From Firmicutes bacterium HGW-Firmicutes-21 (GTDB lineage Bacteria; Bacillota; Clostridia; Oscillospirales; CAG-382), in contig PGZT01000010.1 in assembly GCA_002841455.1 (NCBI GenBank), positions 1-57,304 on the forward strand: 57,304 bases of DNA. Reading direction: 5' to 3'. Of the stretch, positions 37,655 to 46,389 are shown in pieces (positions within the stretch are counted from its first letter, which is position 1; the number at the start of each line of letters is the position of its first letter). Position numbers and translations under genes: made by a program. The notes under the pieces were generated by a model. It worked only from the letters and a program-made list of their open reading frames with translations. It was not told the origin of the DNA and ran no database searches.

Positions 37655-38272
37655 CTATTTCAAACAGGTCCCGCCCCACTCGACAACGGTAAAGCCCTGT
37701 CGGGTGAAGGTAGGCAATATCTGCTCTTCTATCTCGGTATGCTCGTCAAGCGGCTTATATACCATGAAAATTCTAAGAATACTGTCGGGCTGCGGTGTTA
37801 TATCCAGCACGGCGTTGTCCGTATAAGCGTCCTCTTGAAAGGTTATCAGGTTATACCTATTGCTTTGCATCAACGGCAACCAAAAAACAATAAACTCGTT
37901 ATATTCCCTCGGGGTAAGACCCAAATACTCCAGCTTTTCCTGTAAAAAGGCTGCCGTGTCCTCGCCTCGAACAACAAAGCCCTTGCTCATGTCGTATTCC
38001 ACATCGGAAACACCCTCCCAGAACAAATAGGAGTATTCCCTGCCGTCAGCCTTGTTTATCAACCTTCCGTCGGGGAAAGCGGTAACATTCCACCCATCGT
38101 TGTATGCAGGGTATGTACAGTCAAGCGAGCCGTTGAAATGCAGCTTAACGCTTACCTCGGTTTCCTCCATGGGATAGAGGTATATTACTGGTTTATCATA
38201 TGCAACAGGGTCGCATGAAACAAAAACAAAGCATAAAATTCCCACTAAAAACATTAGAATATACTTTTTCAT
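37655..38272 (-). CDS. hypothetical lipoprotein
   Basis: 205 aa with lipobox FVSC and an AAGGAG SD. I recognise no family. Confidence 0.55.
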   Translation of the reverse strand: MKKYILMFLVGILCFVFVSCDPVAYDKPVIYLYPMEETEVSVKLHFNGSLDCTYPAYNDGWNVTAFPDGRLINKADGREYSYLFWEGVSDVEYDMSKGFVVRGEDTAAFLQEKLEYLGLTPREYNEFIVFWLPLMQSNRYNLITFQEDAYTDNAVLDITPQPDSILRIFMVYKPLDEHTEIEEQILPTFTRQGFTVVEWGGTCLK

Positions 38273-38335
38273 TATCAGCTCTCCTTTTGATTCGTCTCTG
38301 CTATGAGAAGATATTAAGAGGGATAAAGCGAATTG

Positions 38336-40216
38336 CTATTTTGAACTTGATACGGTTGTAAGTATTCCCTGTACATCATGCTCGGGAATCTTATATGTTG
38401 TTACAATATCCGAGATAAGTCCTCTGATATCACAATCCTCGTCTTTAAGCGCGGAACGAAGGTTCTCGAGTTTTGCGAACAGATCCTCGCTGTCTATTTC
38501 GATCGGTTTACCGATATGGATAAGCTCATTTTGAGTGGATTTTAATCCTTCCTCCGCCATCAAGAGCTCCTCGTACAGCTTCTCTCCCGGACGGAGTCCC
38601 GTGAACTTTATATCAATCTCCTCATACGGTTTAAAGCCTGACAATTTTATTAAAATCTCGGCAAGGTCTACTATTCTGACCGGCTGTCCCATATCAAGAA
38701 TAAAAATCTCTCCGCCCTTTGCGATTGCACCGGCTTCGATAACCAACGAAACCGCCTCGGAAATGGTCATAAAATAGCGTATTATATCGGGGTGCGTAAC
38801 CATAACAGGTCCGCCCTCTCTTATCTGCTGCTTGAACAGCGGGACCACGCTCCCGTTACTGCCTAAAACATTGCCGAACCTTACCGCGACGAACTCTGTT
38901 TTTGACATCAGGTTGTAGCACTGTAAAATCATTTCGCAGATTCGCTTTGTCGCACCCATAACATTTGTCGGATTAACCGCTTTGTCGGTTGAGATGAGCA
39001 CAAAACGCTCGGCTCCGTATTTATCCGCCGCCTTGACTGTGGCAAGTGTGCCGAACACATTGTTCTTGACCGCCTCGTTCGGGCTGTCCTCCATAAGAGG
39101 CACATGCTTATGAGCCGCTGCATGGTATACGATATCCGGATGATATTTCTCAAAAACGCTGTTTATGCGCTTTTCATCCCGCACGGAACCTATCAAAACG
39201 GTAAGTGCCAGCTCGGGATGCTTCTTTTTCAGCTCGTTTTGTATGTCGTATGCACTGTTCTCATATATATCAAAAATAATCAGCCGCTTAGGGTTCCTCG
39301 CCGCTATCTGTCGGCATAGCTCACTGCCTATCGAGCCGCCGCCGCCTGTTATTAAAATCGTTTTTCCCTTTATATAACCCATTATTCCGTCAATATCCAC
39401 CTTGACAGGCTGTCGCCCTAAAAGGTCCTCAATCTCAACGGCTCGTACCTTTGAAATATTGACCTGACCGCTGACGAGCTGATAAATGCTGGGTAGTGTT
39501 TTTAGGGCACACTTGGTTTCCTTGCAAATATTTAGTATCTCCGCTTTGTCCTTGCTGTTTGCGGAAGGAATGGCATAAACTATCTCGTTTACCTTGTACT
39601 TTTTAACCGCTTCGATTATATTCTTCCTCGTGCCGACAACCTTGATTCCGCTGATACGGCTGCCCGTTTTCATCTCGTCATCGTCAATAACACAGACAAC
39701 CTTGCTGTTTTCAAACTTTTTACTTGTTTTTATATCCCTTATCAAAATATCTCCGGCACTGCCCGCTCCGATTATCATTATATTCTTATCCTGGGAGCCG
39801 TTATTAAAATACCTGTACTTGACTAAGCGGAAAGCTCGATAAGAGAACCGTATAGCTACGGTTAAGGTCATCAGAAGCAGAAAATATATAACATAATAAC
39901 TCTCGGGTCGTGCTTTATCCATTAATGTGCTTCCGACATAAAAAACAATGCTCGATAAGAGACTTGCAAAAAAAACCTTTGCGGCTTCGTTAATGCCGGC
40001 AAACTCCCACAAGCTGTTATAGAGCCCAAAAATAGTATAGATGACTACCGTAACCGCAAGGTTAATCGGCAGATAGTATAAAAGACCTTCCGCATATACA
40101 TCCAATAACTCGTTTAAGTTAAGGTCTAATCTAAGCCGAAGCGCCACGAGTGACGATATAAAAACCAATAAAATGTCGCACAATATAATGAAGGTGATTC
40201 TGATTTGCTTTTTCAA
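38336..40216 (-). CDS. membrane-anchored polysaccharide biosynthesis protein (CapD/PglF-like NDP-sugar 4,6-dehydratase)
   Basis: 626 aa with four N-terminal TM helices and two Rossmann folds (IIGAGSAG and ITGGGGSIGSEL). The TTG start has a GAGGATG SD. Confidence 0.85.
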   Translation of the reverse strand: MKKQIRITFIILCDILLVFISSLVALRLRLDLNLNELLDVYAEGLLYYLPINLAVTVVIYTIFGLYNSLWEFAGINEAAKVFFASLLSSIVFYVGSTLMDKARPESYYVIYFLLLMTLTVAIRFSYRAFRLVKYRYFNNGSQDKNIMIIGAGSAGDILIRDIKTSKKFENSKVVCVIDDDEMKTGSRISGIKVVGTRKNIIEAVKKYKVNEIVYAIPSANSKDKAEILNICKETKCALKTLPSIYQLVSGQVNISKVRAVEIEDLLGRQPVKVDIDGIMGYIKGKTILITGGGGSIGSELCRQIAARNPKRLIIFDIYENSAYDIQNELKKKHPELALTVLIGSVRDEKRINSVFEKYHPDIVYHAAAHKHVPLMEDSPNEAVKNNVFGTLATVKAADKYGAERFVLISTDKAVNPTNVMGATKRICEMILQCYNLMSKTEFVAVRFGNVLGSNGSVVPLFKQQIREGGPVMVTHPDIIRYFMTISEAVSLVIEAGAIAKGGEIFILDMGQPVRIVDLAEILIKLSGFKPYEEIDIKFTGLRPGEKLYEELLMAEEGLKSTQNELIHIGKPIEIDSEDLFAKLENLRSALKDEDCDIRGLISDIVTTYKIPEHDVQGILTTVSSSK

Positions 40217-40351
40217 TTCCGCTACATCCTCTGATAAAAAGTTTTACAATCCATTATGTTATTATGTATGGAACAATTGTATCATAACAATAAAATAAAA
40301 ACAACCTGTTTATATAAAAATGATTGAATTATTGAAAAATATTTTGGTGTC

Positions 40352-41938
40352 TCAATGATAACATGATTGATCCTCGTTGTTGGTTTCTATATACAGGCAT
40401 ACAGTATCCCGTCCTTCCGCTTTTGCACGGTATAACGCACCGTCTGCCAGGGCAATACTCTCCTCCAAGCTGAAATCGGTGAACGGCTCTAATGTATTCA
40501 AACCGGCACTGATTGTGGCTCTTATTTTATGCTCTCCAAACACAAATTCCTTTTCCCGTATTGCGGTGCATATTTTATCCACGGTGTTTTTTGCCGTCTG
40601 GGCATCGGTAGAGCAGAGCAGTACCAAAAATTCCTCGCCGCCAAACCGTGCGAACAAATCATTGTCGCTGATATGGCTCTTTATAATACTACTTATTTCT
40701 TTTAAAATATAATCTCCAGCCGGATGACCGTAATCGTCGTTGATTCTTTTGAATTTATCGATGTCGAACATAACGACCGATGCCGGTTTATTTTCGCTTT
40801 TTGCTCTTGATATGAGCTTTTCGGCATGACGGAAAAAATATCTGCGGTTGTATGCGCCGGTAAGCGGGTCTGTTGAGGCTACATTCTCAAGGTTTTGTAT
40901 TTGATTAATATGAGTAGTCTCGTTTGAGAGCATCAATAGATATCCAAAATCCTTAGTTTTGTTGCTCTTTCCGGTATCCAAGCTTATCAGCTTGACGGCA
41001 TAATAAAAATGCTCCCCTCCAACCGTTTTAGTAATCAAGCAATCCTTGTTGCTTTTCAGTGAATCTACAAATTCCGGGTCATCGTTAAATATCTCGTGCA
41101 GAAGGGTGCTTGCGTTTTGCTTTAGCTTGTCCCCAAAAACAATGCGGGCTTTTGCGTTCGCTTTAATTATCTTAAGCGAATCACTGAGCACCATAATCGG
41201 ATTGTCCGAGGAATCAAAAACACTTCTGTAAGCCAACGGCAGCAAATCAAACAGCTCATACTTAAACAATGTGACAAGAAGGAAAAAGGCTGATATGCTG
41301 ATAACAATGAGTCCGCTGTCAATATTGCTCGTGTATCTGCCGAAATAGCAAAGGGTTGTCATGATAAATCCGACAACACTGAATGTAAGCAATGAAACAG
41401 CTTGCTTTTTTTCCATACCGGCGGCTTTTCGCAAAACCAAATAATAGTTTATAAACGATAACAGCTCCAATACATTCTGATTTGCGATACTTATATAATA
41501 AAACAATCCCTTTTCAAAGACAACGATATTAATGCCGTAATCCTCAATCGTTTGATATGAAGCATATAATAATCCGTTCATCTCATGCGAGAAATTAAGA
41601 ATCAGTATAATAATGGGTAAAATAAACGGCGGTAAAACATTTTTTATAGTCCATTTAATGTTTTTATCCTTAAATTGCAAAGAGATCAAATACCATAAAG
41701 GTGCGATTGCCAAAAGTCCTATATATTGAAAATGATTAAAAAAGAGCTTATACGATATATCGACGCTGCTAAGTTCCATGGAATAGCCAAAGGTATAGAT
41801 AAAGGTAGCACCGAAGAGAAGCCCTATCAGCTTTTTACCCCTTACCTTCATTTTTGAAGAAAAAGCGAATATATTTACTGTAATCAGAATTGCCGATAAA
41901 GCAAAAAGCAACCCTATAATAAAAACGGCACTGTTCAA
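40352..41938 (-). CDS. diguanylate cyclase with an N-terminal 7TM sensor region
   Basis: 528 aa with a multi-TM N-terminal half and a C-terminal GGDEF domain that has an intact GGEEF site (RFGGEEFLVLL). The TTG start follows GGAGGAG. Confidence 0.85.
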   Translation of the reverse strand: MNSAVFIIGLLFALSAILITVNIFAFSSKMKVRGKKLIGLLFGATFIYTFGYSMELSSVDISYKLFFNHFQYIGLLAIAPLWYLISLQFKDKNIKWTIKNVLPPFILPIIILILNFSHEMNGLLYASYQTIEDYGINIVVFEKGLFYYISIANQNVLELLSFINYYLVLRKAAGMEKKQAVSLLTFSVVGFIMTTLCYFGRYTSNIDSGLIVISISAFFLLVTLFKYELFDLLPLAYRSVFDSSDNPIMVLSDSLKIIKANAKARIVFGDKLKQNASTLLHEIFNDDPEFVDSLKSNKDCLITKTVGGEHFYYAVKLISLDTGKSNKTKDFGYLLMLSNETTHINQIQNLENVASTDPLTGAYNRRYFFRHAEKLISRAKSENKPASVVMFDIDKFKRINDDYGHPAGDYILKEISSIIKSHISDNDLFARFGGEEFLVLLCSTDAQTAKNTVDKICTAIREKEFVFGEHKIRATISAGLNTLEPFTDFSLEESIALADGALYRAKAEGRDTVCLYIETNNEDQSCYH

Positions 41939-42051
41939 TTATACTCCTCCTTTATTCATCAAAATTTATACCATGTATTATATTAAAGCGGTTTACATCT
42001 CTTTGAACAGGTCGAACGCTGCCCTTGTTGAATTTTTATATTGCATAAAAC

Positions 42052-43014
42052 CTAAACAAACGGCGTGTATGTTGAAACCGAGGCGGAATAATAATTCTTG
42101 TAAATTATAAGACTCATTTCTTTTTTATAAGCGAATAGACCGATAGAAATCAATATAAAAAACGCCGCGCTTAAAAGATTACTAAATATCGCTACTATAT
42201 CTAAGGTTCTTATTGCCGCTAATGCTGTCAGTATAAAAAATACAGCTATTATAAAATTCATTACTCCAACGAACCCGGACACCTTATCGGATGGCATACC
42301 TGTTTTTATTGTTTTTTTCAATGTGTTTATCGTATTGATTATACCAATAATATATATAACCGGTAGCGTCAATACAATTGCAAAGATAATAATCGCTATA
42401 ATCGCTATAAGGACAGCACTGCTTTCTTCTGTATCAACATTTCCAAATAATACTGTTAAAAAAACAAGAAAAGGAAAAAGCAACAAAAACCCTAAAAATA
42501 TAAAATTTATAACCTTAATCATTGTCAAGCCCGTTGTAGGTAACGGTCCGTCATAGCGGCTGCGTGAGGACGCATAAAACAACCACATACCTATACAAAT
42601 AAGTATAGTCGGTATTGAAACCACAAGAGCAAATGTCGATAGAGCATCCTGTATCTTTTCAAACTGTACACCGATTTCTTCATTAAACTCCGAATATATA
42701 TCGGTGTTTGACACAGGCTCTCTGATAAAAGCGTGAATTAAGCTTAATAAAATTTGAACCGAATATAATATAACCGCTATGAAGAACACGGTTGAAGAAC
42801 CCGCTCTTTTTAATGCCGCAATTGTCGGGTTTTGGGCAAATGACGGCACCGATTGCCGATATTGTGCGTAATACTGATTTGCGTCGGGGGCTTCGACTGT
42901 ATTTATACCTTCATTTTTAACGGCGTCCTGCTGTCCTTCAAATGCCGCACCGCATGAAGCACATAACACAGCGTTATCCTCGCTTTGAATTCCGCATTTA
43001 AGACAGTATTTCAT
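42052..43014 (-). CDS. zinc-ribbon domain membrane protein, function unknown
   Basis: MKYCLKCGIQSEDNAVLCASCGAAF (CxxC..CxxC) followed by about 6 predicted TM helices. ATG 43014 lies 10 nt after GGAGG. Confidence 0.6.
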   Translation of the reverse strand: MKYCLKCGIQSEDNAVLCASCGAAFEGQQDAVKNEGINTVEAPDANQYYAQYRQSVPSFAQNPTIAALKRAGSSTVFFIAVILYSVQILLSLIHAFIREPVSNTDIYSEFNEEIGVQFEKIQDALSTFALVVSIPTILICIGMWLFYASSRSRYDGPLPTTGLTMIKVINFIFLGFLLLFPFLVFLTVLFGNVDTEESSAVLIAIIAIIIFAIVLTLPVIYIIGIINTINTLKKTIKTGMPSDKVSGFVGVMNFIIAVFFILTALAAIRTLDIVAIFSNLLSAAFFILISIGLFAYKKEMSLIIYKNYYSASVSTYTPFV

Positions 43015-43218
43015 AACCATCGGTCCTCCATTCAAAATTCCTCGAATTGTTCGCAAAATGTTTTATTATGATGCTAATAAAACACAACAATGCATTAATA
43101 TACATTTTATTATTATAGCTTTATTAATTTTATTGTCAATAGACAGAGCAATAAATGTGTGCTTTTTTTGTAAATGATTACATTTTTGTTTATTATATAG
43201 GATGTTCGTGTAAATGTA

Positions 43219-43247
43219 TTTACACCGAATACAAAATCTGTTATAAT
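43219..43247 (+). promoter_or_regulatory. sigma-A promoter for the 43342 gene, overlapped by an 8-2-8 inverted repeat (43208-43225)
   Basis: TTTACA (43219-43224), 17 nt, then TATAAT (43242-43247). The repeat GTGTAAAT-GT-ATTTACAC covers the -35. Confidence 0.55.
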
Positions 43248-43341
43248 ATGCTAAAATAAAACACTATTTGTTTAATATCCTGGATAGAAATAAATAAATA
43301 ACTATTACAAATCATAAAGCAACATATTTGGAGGAATAAAA

Positions 43342-45402
43342 ATGATATTATGCAGTAAATGCAGTGCCGAGCTACAAGAGGGTATGAATTTTTGCAACAA
43401 GTGCGGAAGTGCGGTTGCTAGAACCGATACCTGTCAGAACTGCGGTAGAGGAACGGATAGAGCGTTTGCTTTCTGTCAGTATTGCGGAGCTCAAAAAGCA
43501 GCGGATGCCCCTGCCGCAGAAACCGTAACCATTAATTATAATGAAGTGAGACCGAAAAGGAAAGTGCCTAAAATAGCTATAATAAGCACCGCAATTGTAT
43601 TGGTGACAGCGCTTGTAGCGACTGTGATTTTTACGGGTTTATTCAGCGGGAGCAGTTCTGTTCCAATGTCATTATTATATGTAAAGGATAACCAAATCTC
43701 TTATACTTCGTTAAAAACAATAAAACCCGTTGAGGTAACGGAGCGACTCTATTCAAGCGGTCAGATTAGCACGGTTACAGCACGCTCGTTGGGAAATTAC
43801 ATATTTATAAGTGAGGACGGCAAGAGGATTTTTTACCCCGACAGGACGGTTGAAAATTCAGGCGGAATAGCACTGTATTATAAAAACCTTAGAGCTAATG
43901 ATCCCGAGGGAATTAAAATAGACTCTGAAATCAAGTATTATTTAATAAATAAAAAAGCAGACAGGGTATTTTATATAAAGGGAAGCGAAAATAATTTATA
44001 CATTAACAATCTGACCGATAAAGAGAAGATAGACAGCGATGTATATTCCTTTTATATAAACGAAAACGGCAGTAAAATAGTATATTCTAATAAAGAAGGC
44101 AGTATCTATATTAAGGACGGCTCCAAGGACAAGGAGAAAATCGACAGCGATTCGAATATAGTATATGCTTCCGAGGATTTAAACAAGCTGTATTATCTTA
44201 AAGATAAATCTTTATATATCAAAAAAGCCGGTAAAGAAAAGGAAAAAATAGCTTCCGATGTCATGGGGGTTGTAAAAATATATGAATCCGGTGAGATTTA
44301 TTATATTAAATACGATGAAGAGCAACTAAAATTGTCAGATATCGTAGATGATGATATGAAGGCAGCCGATGAGAACATAAAAGAGCCTGTACAGCCGAAA
44401 TACCCTTCATCCTCGGACTTTGTTACCTGGGACGAATACTATGCAGCAAGAGACGAGTATTACGAATTAAATGATATCTACCAAAATGAATATAATATTT
44501 ATATACAGAAATTACGCCGAGATAATTTAAGAGAGCTTCTTCCGCAAGAGACAGTCTCGATAATGTACAGAACGCTTTATTATTATAACAATAAGGAATC
44601 GGTGGTTGTAACCGAGAATTTATATACACATTTTGGTTGTAATTCCGATAAGGCTGTTATAATCTACAAAACTCAAAGAAAATCCGAGTACGCAAAAATA
44701 AAAATGTCGACGAATCCTTCGTTTTATGAGGTGCAATCCCTTGCATCACAATCCTATTCCTCCGCTTCAGATGAGGTTTATGCCGCTGTTAAAGCAAAAA
44801 GCTCGGTTATAGAGCAGGAAAACGGAAACGATTTCCGAATTAATAATTCCGCAACCGCAATATATTTTATGGAATATTACGACAACGAGCAATCTTACGG
44901 TGATTTAATGGAGGTTAAAATCTCGAACGATTCATTGGAAAAAGCGGTTAAATACGATAGTGATGTATTTAGGTATGTTTTCATAAAGGACAGCGATACA
45001 TTCTATTATTTTAAGGATGTTAAAGATTATGTCGGCGATTTATATATGAACAAAGCTAAAATCGATTGGGATGTTTTTATCGGTAAAGTATCTTATATCG
45101 ATTCGACAGATACGATTTTATATTATACCGATTATAGCAGAGTAGAATACAGCGGTACACTTAAAATGTATAAAGGTAAGGAAGCGATAAAAATAGCGGA
45201 TGATGTTCATGACTTTTATGCAGTAAGCGATAAATGCATTGCTTTTTTAACAGACTACAATACCGACAGTTCTAAAGGAGATGTTTATTTATATAACGGA
45301 AGTAAAAACAAAGTTAAGATAGATGAGGATGTTATGGTAATTATACCTGCATATAAATCAAATAAGCGAGTAGATATATATGATGTTATCCCCTATTCAT
45401 AA
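43342..45402 (+). CDS. double zinc-ribbon, single-pass membrane protein with a repeat-rich (beta-propeller-like) extracytoplasmic domain
   Basis: 686 aa with an N-terminal CSKC..CNKC..CQNC..CQYC, a TM at about residues 75-97, then reiterated ..KIDSDV..Y....G..IYY.K units. The gene is very AT-rich. Confidence 0.6.
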   Translation: MILCSKCSAELQEGMNFCNKCGSAVARTDTCQNCGRGTDRAFAFCQYCGAQKAADAPAAETVTINYNEVRPKRKVPKIAIISTAIVLVTALVATVIFTGLFSGSSSVPMSLLYVKDNQISYTSLKTIKPVEVTERLYSSGQISTVTARSLGNYIFISEDGKRIFYPDRTVENSGGIALYYKNLRANDPEGIKIDSEIKYYLINKKADRVFYIKGSENNLYINNLTDKEKIDSDVYSFYINENGSKIVYSNKEGSIYIKDGSKDKEKIDSDSNIVYASEDLNKLYYLKDKSLYIKKAGKEKEKIASDVMGVVKIYESGEIYYIKYDEEQLKLSDIVDDDMKAADENIKEPVQPKYPSSSDFVTWDEYYAARDEYYELNDIYQNEYNIYIQKLRRDNLRELLPQETVSIMYRTLYYYNNKESVVVTENLYTHFGCNSDKAVIIYKTQRKSEYAKIKMSTNPSFYEVQSLASQSYSSASDEVYAAVKAKSSVIEQENGNDFRINNSATAIYFMEYYDNEQSYGDLMEVKISNDSLEKAVKYDSDVFRYVFIKDSDTFYYFKDVKDYVGDLYMNKAKIDWDVFIGKVSYIDSTDTILYYTDYSRVEYSGTLKMYKGKEAIKIADDVHDFYAVSDKCIAFLTDYNTDSSKGDVYLYNGSKNKVKIDEDVMVIIPAYKSNKRVDIYDVIPYS

Positions 45403-45409
45403 TTAATTT

Positions 45410-45443
45410 AAGCTGCGGACTAAGTTTTATCAGTCCGCAGCTT
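45410..45443 (+). terminator. strong hairpin after the 43342 gene (terminator candidate without a U-tract)
   Basis: AAGCTGCGGACT-loop-AGTCCGCAGCTT, a 12-bp perfect stem followed by ATTAATGG. Confidence 0.45.
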
Positions 45444-45456
45444 ATTAATGGTTGAC

Positions 45457-45484
45457 TTGACATAATTCTTAAATTGGATATAAT
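45457..45484 (+). promoter_or_regulatory. sigma-A promoter for the NYN-LOTUS gene
   Basis: TTGACA (45457-45462), 16 nt, then TATAAT (45479-45484). Confidence 0.6.
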
Positions 45485-45520
45485 AAGCATATATTAAATT
45501 TTGCTTGGGGGAACAGGACA

Positions 45521-46291
45521 ATGAACGAGGATAAAAGGTTTGCGGTATTGATAGATGCGGACAATGTATCGGATAAATATGTAAAGAACATTCTTGACGA
45601 ACTGTCGAATTACGGAATTATTACCTATAAACGCATATACGGCGATTGGACAAAGCCCGCACTCGGCTCATGGAAGACCATTCTGTTGAATAACTCAATC
45701 GCACCCATTCAGCAATACGGATATACCACCGGTAAAAATGCAACCGATGCCGCAATGATTATCGATGCGATGGATATTTTATACACAGGCAATGTCGAGG
45801 GCTTCTGTATCGTGTCCAGTGACAGCGATTTTACCCGTTTAGCCTCGAGATTGCGTGAGTCCGGTATGTATGTCGTCGGTATGGGAGAGAAGAAGACTCC
45901 GGCACCGTTTATTGCCGCCTGTAATAAGTTTAAATATTTGGAGGTGCTCGCCAAGGGCGGAATGTTTGACGCTCCCGAGAAGAAGCCCGCCGCAGGGAAG
46001 AGCGTTGTCGAGATAACCCCGCTCGAAGCGGTAATAACTCCGCTTGATACCGTAACCAAAGCAATTGCCTCTATTGTTGACGAGACCTCTGACGATGACG
46101 GCTGGAGCCCTCTCAGCGGAATAGGAACTATACTGACAAAGCGGTTTCCGGATTTTGATGTCAGAAACTACGGTTTTGTTAAATTAACCCCGTTTATAAA
46201 GCATATGAATTGTTTTGATATAAAGTCAATTCAGAGAAAAAACCAGAATATCAGTCTTATTTATATAAAGAGAAAAGATAGCAAGGGATAA
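45521..46291 (+). CDS. NYN (LabA-like) nuclease-fold protein with a C-terminal OST-HTH/LOTUS domain
   Basis: FAVLIDADNVS..YGDW..CIVSSDSDFTRLASRLRESG (NYN acidic residues). The C-terminal GWSPLSGIGTILTKRFPDFDVRNYGFVKLTPFI is LOTUS-like. Confidence 0.75.
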   Translation: MNEDKRFAVLIDADNVSDKYVKNILDELSNYGIITYKRIYGDWTKPALGSWKTILLNNSIAPIQQYGYTTGKNATDAAMIIDAMDILYTGNVEGFCIVSSDSDFTRLASRLRESGMYVVGMGEKKTPAPFIAACNKFKYLEVLAKGGMFDAPEKKPAAGKSVVEITPLEAVITPLDTVTKAIASIVDETSDDDGWSPLSGIGTILTKRFPDFDVRNYGFVKLTPFIKHMNCFDIKSIQRKNQNISLIYIKRKDSKG

Positions 46292-46389
46292 TATATGTGA
46301 TAGATTATATAATCAAGTGTGACGGAAATAATTGAGCAAAAAGCTCAAAATTTTATATTATTCATACATCATGTTTGGAGGATTAAAAA

